This document shows positions 34,325 to 46,242 of a stretch of DNA of 64,000 nucleotides, piece after piece. The notes beneath the pieces are model-generated. The model saw nothing but the letters and a program-made list of their open reading frames with translations. It searched no databases and was not told the origin of the DNA. The position numbers and the translations under genes are program-made. Where the stretch lies: assembly GCA_024704765.1 (NCBI GenBank), contig JAKMXF010000111.1:1132619-1196618 (forward strand). Reading direction: 5' to 3'. Position 1 is the stretch's first letter; every line of letters starts with the position of its first letter. Source of the stretch: Oopsacas minuta (Eukaryota; Animalia; Porifera).

Positions 34325-35455
34325 TCACTTTTCGCACTGAGCAAGTGTATACATAATTTCGCAGTTAACAGCTGCTGATAATAGTAGTTTAGATTGTGGA
34401 TACCATTCTACAGTAGTCACCATATCAGAGTGTTTCACTGGTCCTGCTAACATCTCCCCATCAGCTACTGACAGTACTCTAGCAGTATTATCATGAGAAG
34501 CTGTAGCTAATAGAGATTGGTGTTGAGGACAGAAGGATAGTTCTCGAATGACGTCATCATGAGGCTGTATACTCAGAAGGTGTACATCTGAGTTCATGCT
34601 TCGGAAATCATGTAGCACCAGGTGTCCTGTTTCAGTACCAATAGCTAAAGTACTAGGATTATGTACTCCCCATGAAAGGGAACGTACACTAAAATAATCC
34701 TGTAACCCAAGCACCCTACCTACAGACAGCTTCTCTCTTCTGTCCCAAAGTCGTACCAGCACACTCCTATCCGTAGCCCCTGTCACAAATAGATTGTTAC
34801 CATCTGTTTGACATTCTAGCGCGTGTACAGGTCCCAAATGTGCTCGATAGCAGTCAGTTGACATGTAAGACTTCATGCTCCAGATACGACACGATCCGTC
34901 ATGAGAACTAGTCACTAGATTCTCAGCATCAGTAGGCCAGCAGCGTACAGAACTAACAATATTATTATGGCCATACATAACACTAACAGCTTCGAATGCT
35001 AAATCACTCCAAGCCCCAGATTCAACTGAATACTTATCAGATGCGAATATCTTCTGCCATATCTCTACAGTACCTCTCTCGGTAGAAGCAACAAACTCAT
35101 TAGAGCTTATCCAACAACCAGCTGTATTACCTCCTACAGTTCTTTGTGTATTGTAACGTATGAATGATTTCAAGTTGATAGGGCTATCAATTATCTGTTG
35201 AGTAGTTACTGGGGAGTATATTGACTTTAGTAAGAATATCTTACCTCCCGAATAGTCCCCAGTTAGGCTAGATGTCAATACCAATAGCTCCTTTGTCTCA
35301 GGGTGTATTATTATGGATTCTAAGTGTGTGTATGTGTCGATACAATGTTCTACATCAGATCGGGGCTTTGGTGTGGTGTTAGTAGGACTAGGAAATTCAG
35401 CTGTTTCCATATCTGTTGAATCATCTGGACGTTGTTGTGCCATTATATGATGCAA
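34325..35455 (-). CDS. WDR77: Methylosome protein 50 / WD repeat protein 77
   Basis: WD40 repeats with MEP50-like segments VASTERGTVEIW, GHNNIVSSV, YRAHLGPV, QPHDDVIRELSFCP, HSDMVTTVEW. Confidence 0.8.
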   Translation of the reverse strand: MHHIMAQQRPDDSTDMETAEFPSPTNTTPKPRSDVEHCIDTYTHLESIIIHPETKELLVLTSSLTGDYSGGKIFLLKSIYSPVTTQQIIDSPINLKSFIRYNTQRTVGGNTAGCWISSNEFVASTERGTVEIWQKIFASDKYSVESGAWSDLAFEAVSVMYGHNNIVSSVRCWPTDAENLVTSSHDGSCRIWSMKSYMSTDCYRAHLGPVHALECQTDGNNLFVTGATDRSVLVRLWDRREKLSVGRVLGLQDYFSVRSLSWGVHNPSTLAIGTETGHLVLHDFRSMNSDVHLLSIQPHDDVIRELSFCPQHQSLLATASHDNTARVLSVADGEMLAGPVKHSDMVTTVEWYPQSKLLLSAAVNCEIMYTLAQCEK

Positions 35456-35770
35456 TTATTAGACTATGCTGGTGAAACTTTAATACAAACGCCATGCTAA
35501 ACAATACTGCACAAATGCATCAATAGCAGAGCCACCATAGAATACATCCAATTATCATAGTTATAAATTTATGTTTAAAAGATGGAAATATGTACAAAAT
35601 ACATACTTCATCTCTTCGAAAACAATGCCCAAAAATGTAATAGTAATACAATTTTTATTATCCTATGGACCCCAGTTCAGGAACCGCTGGTCTATAAACT
35701 CCTAAAGAAGAGCAACAAATGCAAAGTTTGTAGGCTGGTAAAAAACCTTTCTCAAAATTTTTTGGAATAA

Positions 35771-35898
35771 CAGTGGGTTCTCTCTAATTGTCCACTTGTT
35801 CATACACAAATCTCGTGTGATCATATTCACTTAGATTTCTGTGATTGTCCACTTCGAACCCCATTGCCAACTAGTGGACAATTAAAGAGGACCCACTG
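35771..35898. mobile_element. 128-bp MITE
   Basis: TIRs CAGTGGGTTCTCTCTAATTGTCCACT / AGTGGACAATTAAAGAGGACCCACTG (about 26 bp, few mismatches). Confidence 0.8.
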
Positions 35899-36283
35899 TA
35901 TCTTAACAAATCCAGAAATGATAAGGTTACAAATTAGAATAAACGTGAAGTACGTATTATTCTATAATAAAACATTGAGTAATAAAAAGCTTATATTGTA
36001 ATATAACTGTTCTCATGCAAACAGCTTCGCAACGACAATAATAACAATAAGACACTCAATAGAAAGAACAGATACCAGAATTGTAACAACTCATCATGTC
36101 ATTGTCAGATATATACACAGTAGTATTCAAACAGTTCTTATTGAATGTACTTTGCAAGTAGCACTTGATCCCTATTGGGTCTGGAGATAGGGCCTTCACA
36201 AGTGATAAGAGAGATTAGCTAAGATACAAGTACAATTATATTAATGTAAGAGAATCAAAGAAGCAGCATTCCTTGCTACGTCC

Positions 36284-38791
36284 TCATTGATCAGAGTTGA
36301 AGAGTTCACTTTGAGGATTGTTGAGATCCTCCAGGCTCTGCATAGAACCGTATATACCTTCAGGACTAGCAGAACTTGTGAGGGGAGAGTCAGTACGTGT
36401 ACTCTGATACATAGTATTTACCATCTTGTTCTCATCAGGTTCCATCGCATCTGAGATGAGATCACGGACATTCCCTAACTCTCCCATAGCGGATGCAGAT
36501 ATAGGTTCTAAATCCTTCCAGGATCCGTACACTTCAAGAATCTCATCGCTAGGAGTATCCTCTGCACTAGCCCAGCCTTCTGGATGGTAGGAGGTACTCA
36601 CCGGCTCAGAGCGACGTACGTGTATAGGTAGGGAGCTTGTTTTAGTGACGTCATCATGAATCAGGTCGATTTGAGGAGCGATGTGTCTGTCGCCCTCCTC
36701 AGAATTGTTGCTCCTCGGAGAGGAGGAGTATACCAGGGTAGAGAAGTCAACCGATGGGGGTCTTTGGTATGTCTTGAAACAGAACTGAGGTCCCATCCAT
36801 AAACGCCGGCCTGGAGGGGCATATGTAACCAATTCCACATTAGTAAGCCATTCCTTGTTCTTTACAGGTTTAATAGGGGTCTGTAGATCTTCTGTAGACT
36901 CTCCCTTGTAACAATGTGCTTGCAGGAGTTTTCTCATGATAGAAGAGGTCACGAGGAGAGGAGAGTGTTTGGAGAGAGGAGGTTCAAATGCAGGAGTATC
37001 TTTATCCCGTATCAGACACCATTCACTAAGTCCGTGTACATTAAGTTGTATAGGAGATTCCTGACTAGCTATACCCTGTACAGGGGGGACAGGTATAGGG
37101 GTGAGTTTATGCTCCAGGAGAGAACCAGAACCTGTCAATAAAAATAGAGACTCACAGATAGCTGGTTTATGAAGAGGACAGGAGCTACCACTGGGAGATC
37201 GGGACTTAGTCAGAGCTGTACTGAAGTAAGCGTTCAGACAGGTACCACCCTCTTGAGGTCTGAATAGTCTCTGAGGTTGAGAGGCTGCGGGTGTCTTCAT
37301 GTCAGGAGACCTGTGGGCAGAGAGAGGGGGCTTGATAGCTAGAGACTCTACCTTGATTGGTCTGATTACGTCACCTACACACGTGTTAGCCCAATTGTTA
37401 ATTAGTTGATCAGGTACTATAGTGACGTCAGGACCCGATTTACAGAGTAGGTTAGCTTCATCTAGACCTGCTGTAGTGTGGAAGCGAGACAGTTTGTTAG
37501 CTACTAGTGGATCGGTGTGTGTACGGACTGATATAGGACCGCCGTATGGAGTGATAGGAAATGTGTGAGCAGTTCCTCGTAGTGTAGAAACAGTTATCCA
37601 TCTGCTGTCAGTACTGAAATGAATGTCTTGGACCACGGATGAGGTCTCTCCTCGATGTAACACGTACAAATGCTGTACCATACAGCCAGAAGCACTCCAG
37701 GGATGAGGCTGTATACTGAATACATTGAAATTACGTCCTTCAACACAACAAGTGACAAGCAGCTGACCTGTTTGATCAAATTTCAGAGCAGATATAGGTG
37801 TATAATGAGCTTGGAAGTGAGCAATGATGCCTTTTTCTTCTGATATCTTCCCCAGTTCCACTTGTTGCTCTCTCTGCTCAAATATTAACTCGTAGTCTAC
37901 TACAGATACAACTCCCATATGTTTATGAGAATTCCTTCTTTGAGCATTGCTCGTGTCCTGCTCATGCTGAGCTCCTGTCCCAGTGATACGCCCCCAATGT
38001 TCCCCTACAACTGAGGTGATCTTCTTAGCTGCGTCCAGGACAGTAGCAGTGTAAGACTGTCCACTTTCTTGTGTGTTACCACCCATAGAGCGGAGCTTTT
38101 CGTAGAGGTGGAAATCTGGAAATGCCAGCCATCGGTCTCCTAGTGCGATTGGGTTGGAGAGAGCTGGTTCAGGCTTGGGAAAGGTTTTTATCCAGAACCG
38201 TGGTTGAAACGTATCTGCGTCTATTGTAATTAATTTGTCGATTAGAGTCACTACGATTATTCGCTCATTAGAAAAGAGAGAAAATACTTCGGTTTTGCAG
38301 TTCAATTCATGTACTTCTTCTCCTGTTGCGAGTGATAAAAACCGCAGAACATCACTTCTATTTGCTTCATTCACAACCACAAGAGGTCTCTGATCGCAAA
38401 ACTTATCAGTGTCTGGATTCTTAGGAGTTTTCAATATATCAAACACGTGTGTATATGCCCCCTCAAGAGAAAATACCTCTTGTGCTTCTCCCTTAGTAGC
38501 TATAATTAGAAATACAACAACTGCATGACTGTATCCCAGAGAGAATAGCAGCGGCCTCTGAGGGAGGGGCGAATCTGTCTCCGTGTGCTCGAGAAGGAGA
38601 GGGTCATTGACATCAGCCTCTAGGAATTTTACCCAATAGACAGGATCAACACTATCTACAGTAGGTTGTGAGTAGGAGGATGGGATTGTTGTGTGAAACA
38701 GGTCTATGACATTATCCAAATATGATTTGTCTGTGATTCCTCGAGGTACCACGCTCTGTGAGTGAGTGGCTGATTGGGCGTTCTTAGCCAT
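36284..38791 (-). CDS. BCAS3: BCAS3 WD40 autophagy/microtubule protein
   Basis: NPIALGDRWLAF, IIAHFQAH...LKFDQTGQLLVT, VQHLYVLHRGET, FSTDSRWITVSTLRGTAHTFPITPYGG, WLTNVELVTYAPPGRRLWMGPQFCFK. Confidence 0.93.
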   Translation of the reverse strand: MAKNAQSATHSQSVVPRGITDKSYLDNVIDLFHTTIPSSYSQPTVDSVDPVYWVKFLEADVNDPLLLEHTETDSPLPQRPLLFSLGYSHAVVVFLIIATKGEAQEVFSLEGAYTHVFDILKTPKNPDTDKFCDQRPLVVVNEANRSDVLRFLSLATGEEVHELNCKTEVFSLFSNERIIVVTLIDKLITIDADTFQPRFWIKTFPKPEPALSNPIALGDRWLAFPDFHLYEKLRSMGGNTQESGQSYTATVLDAAKKITSVVGEHWGRITGTGAQHEQDTSNAQRRNSHKHMGVVSVVDYELIFEQREQQVELGKISEEKGIIAHFQAHYTPISALKFDQTGQLLVTCCVEGRNFNVFSIQPHPWSASGCMVQHLYVLHRGETSSVVQDIHFSTDSRWITVSTLRGTAHTFPITPYGGPISVRTHTDPLVANKLSRFHTTAGLDEANLLCKSGPDVTIVPDQLINNWANTCVGDVIRPIKVESLAIKPPLSAHRSPDMKTPAASQPQRLFRPQEGGTCLNAYFSTALTKSRSPSGSSCPLHKPAICESLFLLTGSGSLLEHKLTPIPVPPVQGIASQESPIQLNVHGLSEWCLIRDKDTPAFEPPLSKHSPLLVTSSIMRKLLQAHCYKGESTEDLQTPIKPVKNKEWLTNVELVTYAPPGRRLWMGPQFCFKTYQRPPSVDFSTLVYSSSPRSNNSEEGDRHIAPQIDLIHDDVTKTSSLPIHVRRSEPVSTSYHPEGWASAEDTPSDEILEVYGSWKDLEPISASAMGELGNVRDLISDAMEPDENKMVNTMYQSTRTDSPLTSSASPEGIYGSMQSLEDLNNPQSELFNSDQ

Positions 38792-39099
38792 TAGTCACGC
38801 CCAAGGAAGAAGCTAGAAGCCACGGAGTGAGCATACTTATGACAAGTGGTTACAGTACACATTTGAGTGGCCTATAGAGCATGCATGCATGCATACAATC
38901 TTAATTATTTACAGTTAGTTGCTCAAAGTGGCAATAAACAGACCAGAGACCAGGAAATACATGTTTTGAATAAATAATTATTTTTGTGGTGAAAATATTT
39001 ACACTACAAATTATAAGTTGCACTTGCAAATGTTGATTTACTTGAATGAAATATGTCAAGACTGACCTCCAGTCCTCGGTGAATTCCTCTAACACATTT

Positions 39100-39247
39100 T
39101 AGGATAGAATCGCCTTATCTAGAGTTCGTATTAACCGGAATAATACCAATAGAATAACCATTGAGGGACCTGATTTTATAGAATTTTTTGTTCGTCTTAT
39201 CAGGAAATTGGTAGTAACTGTGTTCGTATTAATGAGAGAGTCTACTG
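39100..39247. mobile_element. Partial MITE related to 3829-4009
   Basis: Shares GTTCGTATTAACCGGA, GGGACC and the right end TGTGTTCGTATTAATGAGAGAGTCTACTG-TA. Left end not clear. Confidence 0.55.
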
Positions 39248-40287
39248 TATATGCGAGTATTATGAATTTTTCCCTCTTTTAAAGAGAAAAAAGGCAGAAA
39301 TATCCAATATTCTACATGGATTTAGTAATTTTTCTCTTGACAAGTATATAGCCATTATATTTTAATGATAGTTACGTAGAGGTTTGTATGTATTGATTCG
39401 AATGCTGAAAAATTTTGGGGAAATACAACTAGTCTGTGTAGGAAGTGCATTTGATTCAAATTGTAAAATATACACATAGAAGCAACTATATACATATATG
39501 CATACGTTATCCAGTGTTGTTTGTCCGTATTCACCATTTGAAAGCTCAATTAATAAAGTTTACACTAGATGGGTTCATTCATTAGAATCTTTGATCTGCT
39601 GGGGGTGGATACGTCAATAAGTTTGTGTTAAGATAGTTTATAGTGTCCCTCTACACAAATGTTCCTCTTTGCAAACCAAATGAATAATCCAAATTAATAG
39701 TAATCAGCGGAATAATCTGTATAATGAACAGAAAGAAATTGATACGGTCTTTTTATACAAGAAAGATTTGTATTCAAATCTTCACGAAAAATAAACTTCA
39801 CAAGATATCGATAAGAATTGCAAGTTCAGAATATGATAATTGAATTATAGAATGATGACAGATTAAATTATGTATAAACTATCTATTTATAGCAAACATG
39901 GTTCAGACCAGAAGCCTGTAATGATGATCTAAGTTTGTTCGTATCTACCACTTGCATTAATTGAGTTCAAATTTAAATGATACCGGATCCAAGTGTCTAT
40001 GAGAATAATATAATAGATGAATTGTATTCGAGATACAGCTATGGATATGCAGTTGACTACAGTGAAATAGGAAAATTCAATCGGATATACATATGTCCGA
40101 AAACTGACCCTTATTGCAAAATATCTAAATAACTAGCAAAGTGAATTGAAATAACTAAATCTAGATGGACCTGTCTATATATTCAGGGGGAATAGATGAT
40201 TGGGATAAATAAGTGCATACTAATAGAGATTACTTAAGTGGATTATTGGAAATGCTCTGTAGTTGTAATTCTATATTTAGTATTTAA

Positions 40288-41445
40288 TCATTTAACATCC
40301 TCCTTCTGTTCTTCAGTAGCCTTTTTTTCAGGTTGTATTTCTTCAGGAAGTTCAACTTTAACCTCAGCAGGGAGTACAGCTGGTATCTCTTGCGTAACCT
40401 CAGATTTATCATCAGCTATAAGCGATACAACTTCAACAGGTTTTTTATAGCCTAGAGCGTCCATGATGAGGTCATCCAGCATACGTCTAGCATTAATAGA
40501 GTTAGTCAGGTCTTGCTTAACCTCACCCATCAACCAGGGAATGAAGTCTTCTACAATTTCTCTCTCCACATGATCATAGAAGTATCCATGAGCTGTGAGT
40601 GCATCGAATACAGAAGGGACAAGATCAGTGAGGTATGATTTAGCGAATGCTCTAGCTGCTATCTTCTTAGCAGTCTCTTTCTCCATCAAGAGAGCTTCTC
40701 TCTGTTGTTGCATTCTCTTCTCTTTCTCGTGAGTCCTACGTCTGTCTTGTTCCTCAAGCCTCTGTGTCTCTACCAGCTCAGCATGTCTCTTTTGTTCAAA
40801 CTGTCTCTGTTGCTCCCTGAGGGCAGAGAGTTCCTCCTCTTCAAGAACTTCCAATAGAGCTTGTTCCACAGTCTTACCAACAAGAACCTCTATGATAGGT
40901 CTGCTCTCTAGCTCAAAGTCAAATAGATCTCCCTCACCTATCTGAGTCTCCACATCTCGTCCTGTCTTAGCAGGCACGAAGAGAGGGGTAGGGGGCCTGT
41001 CCAGAAACGCATCTGTCTGAGTAAAGTTGTCAGCATCCTCCACTCTATCAGTCAACTCTTCTAGATACAATTCAGTCTGTATATCCATATGCTTTCTACC
41101 TGATATAGCCTCAGGACTAGCTGCACGTGCCTGATCTCTAGCCCTCCTCTTAGCAGCTGATCTCCTCCTCAATTCCTCTTGTTTCTGTAGCTCCACTACA
41201 TCAGGCTGTGCTCCAGCAGGGAGAGTGTGTAGAGCATAAGTATTACCACGAATAACACGACGATCATACATGATGTTACCGTAGCCTTGTTGCTTCAGGT
41301 TGGAATCAGAGGGGAGGGCAGCTAGCTTCTTGGTTTGAGACCCAGCTGCTGTGGAACGAGGCTGAGAACTGAATGTGTATGTCTCTGCCCCACGGGAGGG
41401 GCCGCTAGTAGCTACTGCAGCCATTTTAGCTAGGAATACGTACAA
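40288..41445 (-). CDS. RSPH3: Radial spoke head protein 3
   Basis: YGNIMYDRRVIRGNTYA, GRKHMDIQTELYLEEL, DAFLDRPPTPLFVPAKTG, LFDFELESRPIIEVLVGKTVEQALLEVLEEEEL. Start may be MAAVATS. Confidence 0.96.
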   Translation of the reverse strand: MYVFLAKMAAVATSGPSRGAETYTFSSQPRSTAAGSQTKKLAALPSDSNLKQQGYGNIMYDRRVIRGNTYALHTLPAGAQPDVVELQKQEELRRRSAAKRRARDQARAASPEAISGRKHMDIQTELYLEELTDRVEDADNFTQTDAFLDRPPTPLFVPAKTGRDVETQIGEGDLFDFELESRPIIEVLVGKTVEQALLEVLEEEELSALREQQRQFEQKRHAELVETQRLEEQDRRRTHEKEKRMQQQREALLMEKETAKKIAARAFAKSYLTDLVPSVFDALTAHGYFYDHVEREIVEDFIPWLMGEVKQDLTNSINARRMLDDLIMDALGYKKPVEVVSLIADDKSEVTQEIPAVLPAEVKVELPEEIQPEKKATEEQKEDVK

Positions 41446-41658
41446 TAGTTATTTGTATGATCTATAGGCAGTATCTGAGGAAATACTCGTAGGTGGTGTG
41501 ATTTGTTATAAATGTAGTATAAAATAAAATTTATTCGGTTAATCAAGGATCGTGAATTTTGACTAAACAATAATGTAAAGGCTGACGTACTCGAATAACC
41601 GCGATTAAAATGTACAAATAAACGGAGATAGGATTGATACTGAATACTACAAACTTAT

Positions 41659-42840
41659 TCATTTATACGGAGTCCTTTGCTCTGGTTCTATAAGTGTAGC
41701 TATTGACTTAGTTCGTAACGAACAGATCTGACTATAGAAGTTGTCAATCTCCCAGCGTAGCTTAGCATCAGTCAGCATAATAGATGATTCTATGTAATCC
41801 GTGTAGCAGGTATTCAATCTTTCTAGCATCTTATTATTGATCTCTTTCTCAGTGTACTCTATCTGAGGAGAAGAGAATTGGTAGGTGAGTGGGAGGTCAA
41901 TGAGTTCAGCATCGTATGCCAGTTCTGCAGGACATTCAGGCATAACTATAGCAATTGGAGTTACAGTATCAGAGCTGGATAATAGCTTCATAGCTTCCTC
42001 GCAAGAACTCGAGCTTGATAGTATAGGTTTCTTCTTTATCCTTATACCTGGAGTGTTAGCGAATTTATCTAGGTTAGAAGCTACGCTAGACATATGATTA
42101 TTTAAACTAGTAGTACTCCTGCTAGAAATATTCCTGAGACTGGTACTTGATGATTCAGAGTCTCTACGAGCTAATAACGGTGCTTCTCTGGAGTCAGAGC
42201 GAGATGAGTGAGGCTGTATAAACTCTGTGGGAGAAATAGGGTTAGAATCAATAGATTCAGCTGGGGAGGGACTGATCGGAAGTGTATGAGGGTGTGTAGA
42301 GTACTGAAGCTGGTTCTTAACTAGGAGAGCTTGTTGTAGAGGATGGAGAGATGTAATTAAATTACGAGATGAGTTAGTAGATACACTAGGATGAGATTCT
42401 GGAGTATTAATCCTATCTATGTCATCCTCTTTCTTCCTGGGACTAGATATAATATAATCTGTTGAATGACTACTATTTGTCTTTCTATTAACCCCTGAGT
42501 ATAACGATGGACTCAACTCTTTAGATCGAGTGTTTTCTCTCTCTCTGTTACGTTGTAGGAGGATAGCTTTTGGTACTTCCCATTGAGATTTCTCAGTCCT
42601 AACATTGAACCAATATTTCCTACCCATTGAACTCATACACTCGTTCCAATTGAGTGGGTTCTCCTCGTAGCTAGCTCGCTTAGCCTCTGTCTCACTGCTC
42701 GGGTATCTAGGATGATGTTTGGAATGTTTCTTGTGAATATTTCTTTTATTGGCAGAGTGGCGAGTCTGACATTTCTTCCAATCGGAGTCAGACGGTTGAT
42801 CTCTGCTGTAATGGAGTAATCCTCGATCTCTCTTATCCAT
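41659..42840 (-). CDS. WAC: WW domain-containing adapter with coiled-coil-like protein
   Basis: WW domain NWNECMSSMGRKYWFNVRTEKSQWEVPK resembles that of WAC. S-rich middle, C-terminal helical region. Confidence 0.72.
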   Translation of the reverse strand: MDKRDRGLLHYSRDQPSDSDWKKCQTRHSANKRNIHKKHSKHHPRYPSSETEAKRASYEENPLNWNECMSSMGRKYWFNVRTEKSQWEVPKAILLQRNRERENTRSKELSPSLYSGVNRKTNSSHSTDYIISSPRKKEDDIDRINTPESHPSVSTNSSRNLITSLHPLQQALLVKNQLQYSTHPHTLPISPSPAESIDSNPISPTEFIQPHSSRSDSREAPLLARRDSESSSTSLRNISSRSTTSLNNHMSSVASNLDKFANTPGIRIKKKPILSSSSSCEEAMKLLSSSDTVTPIAIVMPECPAELAYDAELIDLPLTYQFSSPQIEYTEKEINNKMLERLNTCYTDYIESSIMLTDAKLRWEIDNFYSQICSLRTKSIATLIEPEQRTPYK

Positions 42841-42897
42841 CTAACTTATGAATTAAAGGTGCAAAACAATATTTACAAATGTAAGAATGTATGTATA

Positions 42898-43160
42898 CTC
42901 GAACCTCTCTTATTCGGGCAGTGCAGGACCGAAATGTGCATGGAATTCAGAATTTGCCCTGATCTCAGAAATAACACCAACTCTTTGGGAGAACTGAATG
43001 TTTTATCTGTTTATATTTCCAAAGAAAGGTGATAGATAAAAAGTACAAGTAAAGACTGCTGCTCTATTCTATGAAAAATTTACTGAAAATGGCGAAATCA
43101 ATTTCAATCTTTCGGAATATGGTGCCTGTATCTCGGAGGTCCAATAAGAGGGGTTGAATG
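42898..43160. mobile_element. pogo-type MITE
   Basis: TA-CTCGAACCTCTCTTATT ... AATAAGAGGGGTTGAATG-TA imperfect TIRs. Confidence 0.65.
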
Positions 43161-43254
43161 TACCTCAAAAATCCTTAGTAATCATATAAAAGCAAATATA
43201 CATACGTAGAAAAAAATTAGATACATTTACACAACTTGAGAAGATATCCAGTAT

Positions 43255-43869
43255 TTACTTAAGATCTCCACAGTCATGTATCTTATAGTGCTTTGTCATA
43301 CGTCCAGAGCGACGAGAGTTGTCGCTCATTCTGTGAAGGATCTCTGTACCATCAATAACATTACCAAACACTACGTGGAATCCATCAAGCCATGGAGCAT
43401 CCATCAACAAGATAAAGAATATGCAGCCATTTGTGTCAGGACCGACATTAGACATACTGACTGCATACTTCTCATGTTTTAGTTCAAAATTCTCATCGTC
43501 AAACTCCACACCGTATAAGTTTCTTCTTCCTACTCCATTCTCATATTCGACATCTCCAGTCTGTACCATGAAGTCTTTGACAACACGATGAAATGGTTTT
43601 GCCTTATAACTACCAACATCTTTAACTCCCTTTGGATCTAATAGTGCTCTAAAATTCTCGCAAGTTTTGGGGACAATATCGCCTCGTATGCGCATAACAA
43701 TCCTTCCAATAACTTCTTCATTTTCAGAAACTTCAATGAAGCAAAGGGCTACTTCATTGTAATTCACTACTGGAGATTCAAACGGGCTTAAATCATGTGT
43801 ATCTTCAAGTGTATCTTTATCAGATTTTTCTTCGTTCTTCCTTTCGTCTCCCCTATCTATTGCTGCCAT
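43255..43869 (-). CDS. Divergent cyclophilin-type peptidyl-prolyl isomerase
   Basis: [61 protein letters not shown]. Confidence 0.9.
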   Translation of the reverse strand: MAAIDRGDERKNEEKSDKDTLEDTHDLSPFESPVVNYNEVALCFIEVSENEEVIGRIVMRIRGDIVPKTCENFRALLDPKGVKDVGSYKAKPFHRVVKDFMVQTGDVEYENGVGRRNLYGVEFDDENFELKHEKYAVSMSNVGPDTNGCIFFILLMDAPWLDGFHVVFGNVIDGTEILHRMSDNSRRSGRMTKHYKIHDCGDLK

Positions 43870-44587
43870 TGTAACTTAGAAATCAACACAATAATTAAGA
43901 ACTGCTGTCAAAGCGAATCCTGTTCCCCAAACATTATATACAGTGGAACCTGCATATAGTTGCATAAACCTACATTCGTTGAGACGTGAATATTTTGTTG
44001 GATTATGCAGATGAATTTACTCCTCGCTTGAATGGAGGGGGAGATTTCTATATAACACTAATAATCTATATTCGACTGACGGATAATTATTTTAATCCTC
44101 CCTCGACATATTCATGGCTATTTTGACATTTCTGAAGTGCGATATTTTCACGTGTAATTATTTCAAGATTCGAACTTACTGACATTGGAAAGGCAATTAA
44201 TGTGGTGGCATATAGGGCTGGTCCTGCAGGATCTTCGCTCCTGAACCCAAATGGGGGGTACAATGCACCAGACCCCCAACTGAATTATTATCCCCCCACC
44301 AGCAATTCCTGGATCCGCCACTGCCCATGGTCCACCCTACTGTACACATGTTCCTTGGAAAGTCTACATAAGAAAAGAAATTTCCTTACACGGCAAACGC
44401 TCAATAATTTTTAAGGTCAATTTTGTAATTCCCCAGGACCCGTCTGGGTACCTCGATATCCACACTCCTTTTCTATTTGACCCACCATGAATGTTTGGCT
44501 GGTTACCCCCTTGCCTACGACCCTACCTGTTTCACACTTTTTAACAATTTTGCAATGAAAGTTAGAAAAATGGGGCTGCCAGGCCAG

Positions 44588-44705
44588 AGGCGTAGCTAGC
44601 AAGCCCAATAATATCGAGATTGCGTATATCCCCAATAATACAGGAGTTTCAATTGGGGATGCTAACTGTAGCTCCAGGGTTGCCAGCAACCCCCTAGCTA
44701 CGCCT
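44588..44705. mobile_element. Small GC-rich-end MITE
   Basis: Perfect 12-bp TIR AGGCGTAGCTAG / CTAGCTACGCCT. Confidence 0.65.
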
Positions 44706-45050
44706 ATGCTGTCACCTTTTGTATACCATCTCCCTTAGTAGCGTTACGTATTGTTTTGAACATCAGCAATATTACTAACATTAAAAGTTCGTTAATGACT
44801 ACTATGCCTCGGATAAGCTATTTCGGGTCCCTAATTAGTCTCCGCTAGTTCTCAAGGTTTGCCACTCTTGTTTACCCGATAGCTTTGGGAATTTGGCTAA
44901 ACTAAGATTCTGAGGTAGAGGTTTCACGCATGATATTAGTTATTCTACAAATCAAACAACTGGAATATAAACTAAGCTCTTACTACACCTAAGAGACAGA
45001 AAAACTAGATGTCTAGATATTAGACAATTCTACGCTAACTGAAATTGATT

Positions 45051-45545
45051 TCAGTCTAATTGTCCACAATCAGCGATGACCACATCTTTCGAAGTTTTTC
45101 CAGAATCGCTCCCAACTTTCTCCATTTCCTTCACAACTTCCATCCCTTTGGTGACAGTTCCAAAGACGACATGCTTTCCATCCAACCAGCTTGTCTTCTT
45201 GAGGGTCAGGAAAAACTGAGATCCGTTCGTGTGAGGCCCCGCATTCGCCATGCTTAAGTCTCCAGGACCTGCATGTTTTAGATTGAAGTTTTCATCCTTG
45301 AACTTCTCGCCATATATGCTTTTCCCACCAGTTCCATTTCCCTTAGTAAAATCTCCTCCCTGACACATAAAGTCTGGTATGATACGATGGAATTTTGATC
45401 CTTTGAAACCAAATCCTTTCTCTCCTGTGCAGAGAGCACGGAAATTTTCACATGTAATGGGCACTACATCTGTTCGCAATTCAATGATGACCCTGCCAGC
45501 TGGAGCGCCACCAATTGTAATGTCAAAGAAGCAATTTGTAGTCAT
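45051..45545 (-). CDS. PPIA: Cyclophilin A-type peptidyl-prolyl isomerase (164 aa)
   Basis: Likely start MTTNCFFDI at 45545. [54 protein letters not shown]. Confidence 0.9.
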   Translation of the reverse strand: MTTNCFFDITIGGAPAGRVIIELRTDVVPITCENFRALCTGEKGFGFKGSKFHRIIPDFMCQGGDFTKGNGTGGKSIYGEKFKDENFNLKHAGPGDLSMANAGPHTNGSQFFLTLKKTSWLDGKHVVFGTVTKGMEVVKEMEKVGSDSGKTSKDVVIADCGQLD

Positions 45546-46242
45546 CACGACGTAAACAAGTGTTGATATTGAAATCAAATGCAATGAACAATATACTGCA
45601 AATGTATACTTGTGGACTAGTACGAATAGATGTTAAGTAAAATTAGGGTTTAATAAGAATATTTCTTGCTAGTGTAATTGGATACCAATCATGTGTAATA
45701 TTAGTTGGATAATAGTGGAGATTACCTATGCTAGAGCTACAGTAACAATATAGCTCTAGTATAGGTAATCTGCTCAGATTATTATTTCAACGTAATCCTG
45801 TTCAGGTGTCTTAGAAAACAGATACTATACTTCAGGTTTATGGTTACACCCATGGGCGTAGCCAGCCTCTAGTCCAGGGGGGCATAATTTTGTTTAGTTA
45901 CAACAAAACAGCTGGGGGCATGGGGTGCTATAAGCCCCTCAATGGAGTTCTAGGGACGAAGCCCTGCAAGCTTTGCTTAATGTATGATTACGTATTAAAT
46001 GGCACCACAAGGATTAGATTTCCCATCCTGATTTTTTGCCTTAAGACACATTTATTTTGTCTGATATCAATGAATTATTTTGTCAGGAGGGTAAAAATTA
46101 AGAATATAAATTATGAAATGTAAGTTCAATATAATATTCAATGACTTATATTGGTTACACCCAAAGTTTATACATATAGCGTAGACAAGAGGGGTGACAA
46201 AATCCACACCTATGGTCCAATCTCTTGAAAAATTAATAACAT

